From: a virus
Lineage: Duplodnaviria; Caudoviricetes
Direction: 5' to 3' (one strand)
Virus record (IMG/VR): IMGVR_UViG_3300017914_002545
Coordinates: 1-38,351 of that record
DNA: 38,351 nt
The first letter of the stretch is position 1; each line of letters opens with the position of its first letter. The notes below the pieces were generated by a model. It did not search any database. It saw nothing but the letters and a program-made list of their open reading frames with translations, and was not told the origin of the DNA. Shown piece after piece: positions 28,301-35,325 of this stretch. The position numbers and the translations under genes were made by a program.

Positions 28301-29279
28301 ATACTCGTTGCTTTTCTGCAGCATCTTGAGCAGCATCTGCAATACCTGCAAAACTAAATCCTAAAGCCCTTAACGGCCCGGAGAGAAGAACACCTAGAGA
28401 TGCAATTGCAAGAGCCGGAGTATCTTGAAGAACTTTTGCTAAAGGACCAGCTATAGCATCTACAACTTCTTTAACTTTCATGATAATGTCATCGAAAGCT
28501 TTTCCTAGCTGTGCATATTGGTTAGGGCTTCTTCCAACTATATCCAGTATATCTCCGTACTTCTCCTCTGCCTGCCTTATAATATCTGTAGTTACTGCTT
28601 GCTGCTTTTGAAAAGTTGTGAGCTCATTTGCATTCAAGCCAAGAGCTTGAGCATAGTCTTTAGAAGCTTTTTCCAATCGCAATATAATACCTAATTCATC
28701 AAGAAGTTCTGGTTCTGCTTTTGTAGCACCCCGCACAAGACGATTAAAAGAATCTGTAACATCTCGTCCAAGAATCTGAGAGGCATCTGCTGCTGCCTTA
28801 CCCAAACGCGTAAGTTGGTCTGCATTTAGACCTGCAGCTGTACCAATAGCTGCTGCTTGAGCAGCATCTCTGAACTGTATCTGAGCATTAGTTGCCTCAA
28901 TAATATCTTGAGTAAGGGTACCTAAAGCAACGCCCGTAGCAGAAGCATAAGCAACTTGACCTGCTTGTAAAGATTTTAATTCGCCCGCAGACTTTAAAAA
29001 GTTAAATGCAGCAGAAACAGCAAACAAAGATGCCGCAAGCGATGCATATGCGCCGACAAGACCGCCCATCCCCTGTTGCATTTTTGAAAAATTCTTTGCA
29101 GCATTTGAAGACGCGTTAGCAGTACCTTTTATATTTCTATCTGTTTCTCTTGCGGATTTGCCTACTCGAGTACTAGCCTCATCTACGCCACTTAAAGCAT
29201 CGCGTAATTTTTTAGCAGACACAGTTGCTTTCTGCATCTTACCATTGACTTCAATATCAATCTGTATTTTTTTAGCCAT
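25359..29279 (-). CDS. Tape measure protein (1306 aa)
   Basis: Ala-rich helical/coiled-coil sequence with hydrophobic segments; N-terminus T5 pb2-like (NFSKM..GMGGLVGAYA.LAA..FAV.AAF, ELLDELGIIL); C-terminus ...QKRPGGML like lambdoid gpH. Confidence 0.95.
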   Translation of the reverse strand: MAKKIQIDIEVNGKMQKATVSAKKLRDALSGVDEASTRVGKSARETDRNIKGTANASSNAAKNFSKMQQGMGGLVGAYASLAASLFAVSAAFNFLKSAGELKSLQAGQVAYASATGVALGTLTQDIIEATNAQIQFRDAAQAAAIGTAAGLNADQLTRLGKAAADASQILGRDVTDSFNRLVRGATKAEPELLDELGIILRLEKASKDYAQALGLNANELTTFQKQQAVTTDIIRQAEEKYGDILDIVGRSPNQYAQLGKAFDDIIMKVKEVVDAIAGPLAKVLQDTPALAIASLGVLLSGPLRALGFSFAGIADAAQDAAEKQRVFYQGVREDAKLAQKSAKDFKNDLRGLSAAGMAMGANAGFLTKFSEGKDLSGADAARFKSAVAAAENNVNRLGIVTKGAFTGMKIHMVREMDEAFMNMNVEIDKTLTKMQIFQLRAKAGFAGIAAVAKGAAAGIATAFSTALSLVSYAALAFTGYQMYKEFTAKPPTDEEAKLAKEAEAADDLRRKLQSVNKEMSLFAEIQSKTTGSGSLKFYENMANFFSATTSEDMAEMTKQLKELGIAQQQVGETARESTIKNASMFGGIAAGVLTVASVLKTAAKALPGGSPQTLLGKGLLYGGGTLLAGIGGGLGGAGASSAAEAAREAGVLDATTAAALKENELRKAMKARLEMMKDVIEKAKETSNISFPGVDALLTTINQILATGGPISDDQIQKFQQAFTSAQGVTSELFAAAQAAAQLSERMGSFVAQLTEISTGESILSELTTRIEQLTATRDEIVAEGGDSSQVSSELARLKVQRFALTEIVELEHNMEKRILQVQEDRIRLMGDETAAQKEQIKFANDAAQLEAERLNLIDQINVKRAAMTLGAAEKRISTAEFAATAEGQALQDAIDLLAIKLRTVINDIQANTAQSEAAGDLTTAKEANKSRSQELDIANKIVQEAKKRLDLEKQILDFAKKRDERNIDKAMVEERLKNPFYYINEDQRRARMELDAFNKRYDAEKDLIKRRGEVAKQAIQSEYQLLNHRLNVSLQEAQATGSYTSTMGANASNLRTEMRKTEGMAVKASEAATKDELEQLEHKKFMLEAQIQLTNKLQEAVEDAAMSMEENFTNAFAAIIDGSSSGKDAFRALAESMIQDISRIVAKLLVQQAIMASMNMLSGLFGPTPAAAASPTAKAGALSSAGIDDMINSIAGSGRYGGILKGYSAGGIARGSDAGHLAMLHGTEAVVPLPNGRSIPVEMSGAGAQTNNVSVSVNINNDGSAETTTEDDAKGMGKAIAAAVQREIQHQKRPGGMLSPYGGTR

Positions 29280-29710
29280 TAGCCTTTTACATTATAGGTG
29301 TAATTTTTTCCACCGCTTTTTTGACGTTCTGCTCGTTTACGTTCTGCTTCTGCTTTATCTGCTCTATGCTCTACTATAATTCTTTCATAGCTTTTCATAA
29401 AATAGAGTATAGTTGTTCTGTCTTCAATTTGGTACGTATCAAAATAAAACTCTATACCGTCCCAAATTTTGCCCATATAAGTACCGCTCATACCTTCCCA
29501 TCTGTCCGGTAATAAGCTAATCATAAAAAATGCCACTTGAACCTCAGGAGGAAACTCCGAAAGCTCGAGCGGCATTTTGGTAGGGTCTGGTTCTTGACCT
29601 AGTTGTTCGCACACAAGAAGGTACTTCTCTACATCGAAGTTAGTATCCTGCTCTTGTATGTGGCGTTTGAGTAGAGACTCTACTCTCTCTACTTGTTCCC
29701 AGTAAAATTT
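29279..29710 (-). CDS. Tail assembly chaperone, downstream (gpT-like) frame, probably expressed by -1 frameshift
   Basis: Frame is open from the slippery site at 29710 (YWEQVERVESLLKRHIQEQD...CEQLGQEPDP...); the ORF-track start at 29614 is a GTG without a clear SD. Confidence 0.8.
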   Translation of the reverse strand, partial: KFYWEQVERVESLLKRHIQEQDTNFDVEKYLLVCEQLGQEPDPTKMPLELSEFPPEVQVAFFMISLLPDRWEGMSGTYMGKIWDGIEFYFDTYQIEDRTTILYFMKSYERIIVEHRADKAEAERKRAERQKSGGKNYTYNVKG

Positions 29711-30111
29711 TCAAGATCACCTATAGCCTCCGTAACCCAAGTATCAAATACACTTGAGTTTTTCATTAGAAGCTCGGCATTTTCTTGAGTATAAGGAAGT
29801 TCATCCTCAGGGTCCAGGTTTGAAACATCTACCAAAAGAAGCTCTTCTAGGTAACGAAATTTAATCCCAGACCAGTCTTTAATTACTGCCTTACAATACT
29901 CAACAATAAATTTATCTTCATCCATCTCTTCTTCAGGCTGGCGTGTTTTACGATTGAATTTAGTACTAATGCAACGTTTGCGTAGTTTAAGTAATTCATC
30001 TCGTCCTAAATAGCATAGTTCAACGGACATTCCGGTATATCCTGGAAAATCTATACTAACGGTTTTGCTTGGCGTCAAAAGACTTGACAAAGAAACAGGG
30101 GTATCGCTCAT
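29689..30111 (-). CDS. Tail assembly chaperone (gpG-like, 140 aa)
   Basis: Between tail tube and tape measure genes; IKDWSGIK...LPYTQENAELLMKNS..FD.WV resembles T5-type chaperone; SD AAGGA. Confidence 0.85.
   Translation of the reverse strand: MSDTPVSLSSLLTPSKTVSIDFPGYTGMSVELCYLGRDELLKLRKRCISTKFNRKTRQPEEEMDEDKFIVEYCKAVIKDWSGIKFRYLEELLLVDVSNLDPEDELPYTQENAELLMKNSSVFDTWVTEAIGDLENFTGNK
29704..29710 (-). promoter_or_regulatory. Programmed -1 ribosomal frameshift heptamer A AAT TTT
   Basis: In-frame X XXY YYZ heptamer a few codons before the TAG; the -1 frame has a TGA just upstream and is open downstream; hairpin GAGTAGA-gtc-TCTACTC follows. Confidence 0.8.
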
Positions 30112-30149
30112 TTTGTATCCTTTTTTAAAGTAAAAATTTATATTTTGTA

Positions 30150-30190
30150 ATTATAGGCGAAGGGAGCTGAAAAGTCAAGAACTTTTTTTC
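30150..30190 (-). promoter_or_regulatory. sigma70 promoter for the chaperone-tape measure-tail tip operon
   Basis: TTGACT (30178-30173), 17 nt, TATAAT (30155-30150), A-tract upstream; intergenic. Confidence 0.88.
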
Positions 30191-30196
30191 GCACCA

Positions 30197-30225
30197 TAAA
30201 TAAAAACCCGCCGAAGCGGGTTTTA
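30197..30225 (-). terminator. Rho-independent terminator after tail tube gene
   Basis: Minus strand AAAACCCGC-TTCG-GCGGG-TTTTTATTT: stem with cUUCGg tetraloop plus U-tract. Confidence 0.92.
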
Positions 30226-30242
30226 GTAAAAGTAAGCTAAAC

Positions 30243-31493
30243 TTATGGGGCAATACCCTTATAAGTAATTTTAACTTCATCTGCATCCGTAATAGTAGAA
30301 GGCAGAGCGTGGAAGTTAGTCTCCAAAGAAATAACATCTTCGATCTGGTGAGTAGGAATGTCAACGTGAGCACTTGGGAATTCAAATGCGACGCCTACGC
30401 CAGTAGCAGCAGTAATATCACCGATAGTAAACTTCAGATTAAACTTATTACGAGTCAAACCTGTTGCAGTTGAAAGATCCTTAAAGAATCGTGCACTACG
30501 GTTATCTGTGCCGGTGTTGTCATCATTCAAGTAGCAAGTAAATGAACCAGTAATATTTCTAGTACCAGTTACGTGACCGATTGGTGTATTTACTCGGCAA
30601 AGCTCTTCTGGAGTCAAGAATGTAATGTTATTCTCGAGGTTAATGCTGCCTCCAGTAAGAATCAAATTATAAGATGAAAGAAACTCTGCTGTAGAGTCTC
30701 CATCTTGATCCAAGTCTCCTGCTTCTCCAAAAGTTTGGTCAACGTCAGCATCCGGCTGTACAGTCAAAGATGCAATACGATTACGCAAGAAGTTATTTGT
30801 AGCAGTTACACCACCACGGCCCAGAGTGCTTGCTGAGTTAGTATTAAAGTCAATTGCTGAGCTAGCATCAACTTGAGATACGGTGCTTCCGAAGCCTGAC
30901 CAATTGATAGTAGTGATACCGTCAATGTCAAAGTCGACGCCCGCAGTATTTACAACACAACCTGCAACTTTATAGATTGTTTGACCATTTGCTTCGCTAT
31001 AGGCCGACTCGTCAGCACCTGGAGCACAACCTCCAAGGACAAAGTAAAGATCAAAAGTACCAAGTTCAGTACGATCTGAATCATTTGCATCAAGCACAAG
31101 AGTACTTCCTGCAGTTGTACCTCGAGCATTTACAACTACATTTGTATTAGAGTCTTGATCCCACTCTTTGTTTGTAGCGTCCCAAGTTTTTGCTCCGAGG
31201 AAGAATGCCCAAAGAACTTCTTCTACCGCTGTCTGAGCACTAGACTCAAATACAGGGCGAGCATACGTAGAGAATGACCACTCCGCAGGCTCAAGAGCAT
31301 TTGTGAACATAGAACGTCCACGATTTGAATTTCCGGAAGTATCTTGCATTTCATTCAAGGTTACCTCCGTTGTAGCCGTAGATTGCGAGAAAGAATACCC
31401 GTCCAGTACCGGAATCTTCCAATATACCGCAGTTGATCCCGCAGGTGCAATATACACATGGGTATCACGGCTTAATTGAATAGTTGCTGCCAT
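30243..31493 (-). CDS. Major tail tube protein, T5 pb6-like (416 aa)
   Basis: IQLSRDT.VY, IPVLDGYSFSQ, FTNALEPAEWSFSTYARP, VNTAGVDFDIDGITTINWSG, ITFLTPE.L..VN.PIGH.TGTR.ITGS.TCYL, IEDVISLETNF; SD AGGAG. Confidence 0.93.
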   Translation of the reverse strand: MAATIQLSRDTHVYIAPAGSTAVYWKIPVLDGYSFSQSTATTEVTLNEMQDTSGNSNRGRSMFTNALEPAEWSFSTYARPVFESSAQTAVEEVLWAFFLGAKTWDATNKEWDQDSNTNVVVNARGTTAGSTLVLDANDSDRTELGTFDLYFVLGGCAPGADESAYSEANGQTIYKVAGCVVNTAGVDFDIDGITTINWSGFGSTVSQVDASSAIDFNTNSASTLGRGGVTATNNFLRNRIASLTVQPDADVDQTFGEAGDLDQDGDSTAEFLSSYNLILTGGSINLENNITFLTPEELCRVNTPIGHVTGTRNITGSFTCYLNDDNTGTDNRSARFFKDLSTATGLTRNKFNLKFTIGDITAATGVGVAFEFPSAHVDIPTHQIEDVISLETNFHALPSTITDADEVKITYKGIAP

Positions 31494-31553
31494 AGCATTT
31501 CTCCTAAAGATTGAAAGGACAAGGACGTGAACTTTTGTTCGTGCCTGTCGTTT

Positions 31554-32012
31554 CTAGTAATGAACCTGAACGAGTATTTCGGCTATACCGAACGGTTCAA
31601 GAACCCCTTCGTCAGTATCAATACTGACTATTAATATATCATATGTAGTTTGAGTACTACCTTGTTTATCTACGTAAGTAAGCTTTCCGTTTTCTTCAAT
31701 AACAGTCTCAACATCTTCAATTAATTTGTCAAGAGCGTCTTGAGCATCTGTCTGCTTTACATAACAACGTAGTGTGATATTTAAGTAGCGATCTTTGTAA
31801 CCGCCCCCTTGGTACTGCCTTGTTTCTGATCCTGCATTTAAATGGATTGCAGGAAACTGATCAACTTCGTCCCAAAACTTTAACCGAGGATGTACATTAT
31901 TGTAAACATCGGTTAAAAAATTACCAGTTTCGTTTATTTCTTTTAGTTTTTCAACTAAAGCATTAACAATAGAAGCTCTTCGAGTAGTATACAGTCGATG
32001 GTTTGTTGACAT
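31554..32012 (-). CDS. Tail terminator protein, T5 p142-like (152 aa)
   Basis: R..IV.ALVEKL, NNV....KFWDEV.QFP, ETRQY, ISIDTDEG.L.PFG-like motifs; synteny. Confidence 0.85.
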   Translation of the reverse strand: MSTNHRLYTTRRASIVNALVEKLKEINETGNFLTDVYNNVHPRLKFWDEVDQFPAIHLNAGSETRQYQGGGYKDRYLNITLRCYVKQTDAQDALDKLIEDVETVIEENGKLTYVDKQGSTQTTYDILIVSIDTDEGVLEPFGIAEILVQVHY

Positions 32013-33304
32013 TACTCTCTCCTAGTATAAAATCTGCCTATTGCAAATTGAGCTGCTATTTCTCGTATTGACATATCAATTAACTTCCGGGGATCGTAGT
32101 CTGGGCTGTAGCGTCCTCCTTTTTCAAATACTTGATATGGATCTTTCTGGTAAGTATATCCAATACTTGGATACCCTTGTGCTGTGTTATTTATGTCCGT
32201 AATTTTTACGGAATCTGCAAATCTACCTGTTTGGTAAGTCAACCTTGGAGGCGTCATATTTTTTCCAACAGTTTGAGGTAGTTTCTTATTTAGTGCTGTT
32301 AAAAGAAGTAAAGGTTGTGAAGCAATACCTCTTTGTGCTACTGCTTTTTTTGCTTTCTTAGACTTTTTCCTTTGAGGAGTAGTCGTCTTAACTTTTTTAG
32401 ACTTTTTTGCAGCATCTGCTTTTGTAGGTCTTGGCTTCTTTTTCTTGTAGTTGGTTTTAAAACCTCTACCTAAATATTCTCCGAAAGCGTCTTCAATATC
32501 TTCTTCTAAGTTATTCGAGCCTTTCATCTTTGAGATGTCTATCTCTCCAATATACTTTTCGAATATTTCAGTATCTTCTTGAATAATACCTGAGAAGATC
32601 TCTCCTACCCAAGCAGCTAAACGACCTTTGTATTGGTTTAGCTCCTCATATTCTACTTCGATCTCGATTTGCCCGCTAATACCTTTTACAATATCAACAT
32701 CTTTTTGCCACTGAGCTTTTAAGTTTGGACCTCTTTGTGCAATGTCTCTTAGATCATTAATTAAGTCAAACTTATCTGTACCATCTAGTTCTGTTATAGC
32801 ATCAATTTGCTTGACAATGCTATACAGGGCCAGTAGCTGCTGTCTTTCAGTTTTTGTTAGAACGGTGCCTTGAGCGTCTCCGTCCAACACAAGAGCTATA
32901 CTAGCTCGTAGTACTGAAATATTCTTGTGCCCGAACTGATCTCTTTCTTGTGCTATTTCAGGTACTAACTTGTTATAAAAGTTTTTTATCTGTCTAAAGT
33001 TTGCATTATCTTGTGTAATCTTTTGTGCGGATCGAAGCTGAATTCTGCCTTCGCCGCCAAACTCTGACATATCTATGGTCTTGCCAGATATAGCCACCTC
33101 CTCTTCTGACATTCCCTCTATTGCTTTGTTATAAGCGTCTACAAATTTATTATATCTATCTAAGTACTGGTCATCTAGTTCAAAAATTTGCTTTACTTCT
33201 TTTCTTCGATCAATTAGCTTTCTTAATCTACTCGCCTGAGTGTAGCGCCTCTGAAGTGCAAACTTTACAAACTCTTCAAGACTTCGTGGCTTTGATCGAC
33301 TCAT
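32012..33304 (-). CDS. Tail completion protein, T5 p143-like, extended (430 aa)
   Basis: C-terminal L.YQTGRFADSVKI...YTYQKDPYQVFE...DPRKLI..SIREIA matches p143-type proteins; synteny. Confidence 0.8.
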   Translation of the reverse strand: MSRSKPRSLEEFVKFALQRRYTQASRLRKLIDRRKEVKQIFELDDQYLDRYNKFVDAYNKAIEGMSEEEVAISGKTIDMSEFGGEGRIQLRSAQKITQDNANFRQIKNFYNKLVPEIAQERDQFGHKNISVLRASIALVLDGDAQGTVLTKTERQQLLALYSIVKQIDAITELDGTDKFDLINDLRDIAQRGPNLKAQWQKDVDIVKGISGQIEIEVEYEELNQYKGRLAAWVGEIFSGIIQEDTEIFEKYIGEIDISKMKGSNNLEEDIEDAFGEYLGRGFKTNYKKKKPRPTKADAAKKSKKVKTTTPQRKKSKKAKKAVAQRGIASQPLLLLTALNKKLPQTVGKNMTPPRLTYQTGRFADSVKITDINNTAQGYPSIGYTYQKDPYQVFEKGGRYSPDYDPRKLIDMSIREIAAQFAIGRFYTRRE

Positions 33305-33876
33305 TAGAAGTTTTTATACATATCCAGGACTCTCTTTATATGGTCTGGGAATCCTTTGCTTTCTCCTGAAGGAGCGTTTTCCATTGTCGCTCCGGAAAGA
33401 GTTCGACGACCTTTGTGCTCATCTTTAAAGTAGTAATTAATTAAATCAATTACTGCAATCTGTAAGTCCGCAGGGGTTGAAGCATAGCCAGCAGTGTAAG
33501 TAACTTTAACTGAGCCTGCCCCCTTGGGCCAGTTTTTATAGGTAGACCCCGTAACGTACAGTACACTATCCGTCGTTTTGTCAAGATAATAGTCTGTAGT
33601 TGCCACGGTGGTGTAACTTTCCGATACGGAGTCTCTTTTCTCTACAGAAACAACACTATTTACAGGACTTTCCGTCAACTGTACAACATGTGTGTTCCAA
33701 TCAATATTAAACTCTTCTACTTTATTAGTAGAGTAGTAATCTACTATAGAATTACCGCAGTAGTTTTTTACTAATTCACTCACGGACTCGATGATGCGAG
33801 TCAGCTTGTAGTCATCCCGGGGGTTGGCTATCTGCTCTGCATCTTTAAATTGTTGTAAAGTAATTAAATTAGCCAT
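33304..33876 (-). CDS. Head completion / head-tail connector protein, T5 p144-like (190 aa)
   Basis: Follows capsid gene; VKVTYTAGY...PADLQIAV.DLI.YY...FPDHIKRVLDMYK. Confidence 0.88.
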   Translation of the reverse strand: MANLITLQQFKDAEQIANPRDDYKLTRIIESVSELVKNYCGNSIVDYYSTNKVEEFNIDWNTHVVQLTESPVNSVVSVEKRDSVSESYTTVATTDYYLDKTTDSVLYVTGSTYKNWPKGAGSVKVTYTAGYASTPADLQIAVIDLINYYFKDEHKGRRTLSGATMENAPSGESKGFPDHIKRVLDMYKNF

Positions 33877-33887
33877 AAGTGTATTAG

Positions 33888-33920
33888 TAAAAAACTTGGG
33901 GAGGAAACCCTCCCCAGTTT
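33888..33920 (-). terminator. Rho-independent terminator after capsid gene
   Basis: Minus strand GGGGAGG-GTTT-CCTCCCC followed by AAGTTTTTT. Confidence 0.88.
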
Positions 33921-33933
33921 ATAGCGTTAGCTA

Positions 33934-35325
33934 TTAAGCTACGTAGTCGAGCTTGATGCAGGGCTCTGCACCAGTTGCGCCTGCGAACAGCTCTTGGAAA
34001 CCAAGTGCCTGAGACGCGACGATTACACGACGCTGATTCATAACTTCGTAGTCCTGCTCTACAGATACACCGCGGAGGCGAGGAATTACATAGTTACGAG
34101 TGTTAACGATGAACGCTGCAGGAGCACCAGCTGCCTTAGCAGGCATTTCCTCAGATACGATAACGGGAGTACCGAATACCGCACCAAGAGTACCGATGAC
34201 GCGCGTAGCGAGGTCGTTACCAACTTCATCCAAAGTTTGGAACTTAGGATCTTCGAGGAGAGAGTAGTAACACTCTTGGCTGACAACGTATGCCATTTCA
34301 GAAGGATTGATGCCATACTTGCCCATCAGACCACGAGCTGCAAGCAGCTTGTCTGCAGAAAGTTCTGAGTTCGCAACACCACCTGCAATATCAGAGATAT
34401 CGAGGGTAGCGCCAGCAGCGGCAAAGCCGTCAAGACCAGTTACTGAACCTGAACCGTTAAGAATTGCATTCTCAACAGCGCGACCGTGTGCACGTGCAAC
34501 ACCTTCTACAAGCATGGGCATGAGGTTAACGAGAACTTGCTCATCAACATCGTTGTCCATGAAGGTGCTAGAAACCAGACGGTATGCATTCAGAGTAACT
34601 TCTTTTGCATTGTACTGGTTTGCAGTGACTTGAGGACGGTTCTCCAAGTTACCTGCAGGAGCAGAAGCAGCAAACGCGGCCATGCCAGTATCAGTTTGGA
34701 GAGGCAGTACAGTAGCACCGCTAGTTACAGGAATTTCACGGAACAAACGAGCTACTTTCAGCTCACGCATGATTTCCTTCTCAATAGCAGTAGAGACAGA
34801 AGTATCAATGCTACCTGCGTTTGCAGCATAGTTGATACCCAACTTCTCTTGGACGTCACGACCGAAGTCAGTGTCCCAACCCTTACGAGTCATAACACCC
34901 AACATATGAGCTGTTACCAACTCATCAGTGTGCTTCTCGAGGTCTGTTGAAGAAACGCGATCAGCGAATACACGCTTAGACTCACGCATCTTAGTGAGCT
35001 CTTCGCTCTTCTCTTCGAGTTCCGTCTTGTACTTAGCAAGAGTCTCTTCGAAATCAGCATTACGCTTATTCAGATCTTCTTGCAAGTCTGCAACCAGCTT
35101 CTCAGTGCCTGACTCGATGCCAGTACGAATAGCTGATGAAACTTCTTGTTCTTGCTGAGCTTTGGCTTCGACTTCTGCCTGGGCCTTCTCAGCTGCTTCT
35201 TGAGCAGCCTTCTCTTCAGCTGCTTTTTGCTCGGCTTGCTTCATTGCAATCTTAGCAGCAGTCTCTTCTGCTACCTTCTTTGCAAAAGCTTCCAAGTCGA
35301 CTTCGGGAGTTTGTACCTCCGACAT
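33934..35325 (-). CDS. Nested in-frame major capsid protein precursor (463 aa) from internal start Met204
   Basis: AAGGAG-atcatt-ATG (SD 35337-35332, ATG 35325) in frame; size close to T5 pb8 (458 aa). Confidence 0.78.
   Translation of the reverse strand: MSEVQTPEVDLEAFAKKVAEETAAKIAMKQAEQKAAEEKAAQEAAEKAQAEVEAKAQQEQEVSSAIRTGIESGTEKLVADLQEDLNKRNADFEETLAKYKTELEEKSEELTKMRESKRVFADRVSSTDLEKHTDELVTAHMLGVMTRKGWDTDFGRDVQEKLGINYAANAGSIDTSVSTAIEKEIMRELKVARLFREIPVTSGATVLPLQTDTGMAAFAASAPAGNLENRPQVTANQYNAKEVTLNAYRLVSSTFMDNDVDEQVLVNLMPMLVEGVARAHGRAVENAILNGSGSVTGLDGFAAAGATLDISDIAGGVANSELSADKLLAARGLMGKYGINPSEMAYVVSQECYYSLLEDPKFQTLDEVGNDLATRVIGTLGAVFGTPVIVSEEMPAKAAGAPAAFIVNTRNYVIPRLRGVSVEQDYEVMNQRRVIVASQALGFQELFAGATGAEPCIKLDYVA

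Noticed and set aside
29279-29614. Independent GTG start for the second chaperone
   Set aside because: No clear SD, and the frame extends upstream to a canonical slippery heptamer; frameshift is the better explanation, though not proven.
30125-30385. 86-aa minus-strand ORF as a p140 replacement
   Set aside because: Overlaps the tube gene out of frame and runs through the terminator and promoter.
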